From Okamejei kenojei (taxonomy: Eukaryota), in NCBI GenBank assembly GCA_035221665.1, contig CM069162.1, positions 27,032,001 through 27,096,000 on the forward strand: a DNA stretch of 64,000 nucleotides. The letters are read 5' to 3'. This document shows, in pieces, positions 63,177 to 64,000 of this stretch (position 1 is its first letter; each line of letters begins with the position of its first letter). The translations under genes and the position numbers were made by a program. The notes beneath the pieces were generated by a model that was not told the DNA's origin, ran no database searches, and saw nothing but the letters and a program-made list of their open reading frames with translations.

Positions 63177-64000
63177 TAAAGTGTTAACTTGTCCTTTTAG
63201 TGCTTCCCAAAGGCTCTCTACATCTACATAGCAGCCAAGCTGTGCAGAACAGCACTTTATGAGATTTAATCCAGGCTGAGAATGCTTTGGGATGATTGAA
63301 TTACAGAAGTGATAATCTGGCAGTTGGTTGTGCATATGTAATATCTCTTGCTGCGTATATGTATGAATGTGAGTGGAGACTGCATTACTTTGTGCATTTT
63401 CTGTGCTGAAGCGGGTTTTCAGTGAACCACACTGTCGCTTGCTGACAGCTTATCAGAAAGCAACTGCTAATAAGATGGAGCCACTTCATGATAAATGATG
63501 TCAGCTGCTTTTCATTTTGCTATATATTCCTGTACCGTCCCTCTCAATTGTTCTTGCCATCTTCAAAGGTCAGCAAAACACGAAGAAAGATTGTCTCAAG
63601 CTGCTTGTTGGGATAGCTGAAGCCATTTTTTAAATGGAAGTCATGTCTGACAAAGTTATAAGAGGAAGGAAGTTCAAGTTCAAGGGAAGGCATGACGTAC
63701 TCCTGCTCTGATTTCTTACATTTTTGTAGGGAGATCCTACACACTGGCAAAGGCTTGTGTAATTGCTGTGATAAATGTGGGCAAGAACATGCCTTACCCA
63801 CAATAGCTGAATTAACAACAAGCTGAACTATGCCTGTAGCTTTACTGGCTGTCAAAGCTTCGAAGGACTATAAATCAAATGTTTCTAAATATCCATCACA
63901 TTCCGGAACATTTGCGAACTATTAAAAATGAATCAAACAATTAGAACAAATTAAAACATTTCAAAAAATGTTTTGTAAGAAGTAGCTTTGAGGTGAGAGG

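Noticed and set aside
1-64000. CRISPR arrays, operons, rRNA, or U12-type/non-canonical introns
   Set aside because: Vertebrate intron-exon DNA with no regularly spaced repeat-spacer array; all 45 donors read GT, none has the U12 GTATCCT consensus, and all acceptors are AG.

Overview
Eukaryotic genomic DNA from a cartilaginous fish, probably a skate or ray. This is inferred from the repeat content: HE1-like V-SINEs, CR1/HER1-like LINEs, Rex1/Babar LINEs and Penelope relics. The window holds the CpG-island promoter and the first 45 coding exons of UBR4 (p600, N-recognin E3/E4 ubiquitin ligase) on the + strand. All introns are GT-AG and all exon phases join into one open frame of 6591 nt (2197 aa), from ATG 1841 to 60882. 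The frame includes the poly-Pro tract, the UBR box (exons 36-37) and the start of the beta-propeller region, and the gene continues beyond the window. The introns are dense with transposon relics. The items most worth follow-up are: (i) more than 20 copies of a short Penelope-derived repeat carrying a minimal hammerhead-ribozyme core, some in inverted pairs or tandem; (ii) a CpG-rich 739-bp insertion with a 171-bp terminal palindrome capped by the GCGAAGC mini-hairpin, possibly Crypton-like; (iii) three non-autonomous hAT-like elements with visible TIRs and TSDs, one only 54 bp long and in the UBR4 promoter; (iv) several candidate alternative splice sites. Protein identities come from my recollection of human UBR4 and TE family motifs; no database search was run, and repeat boundaries are approximate.
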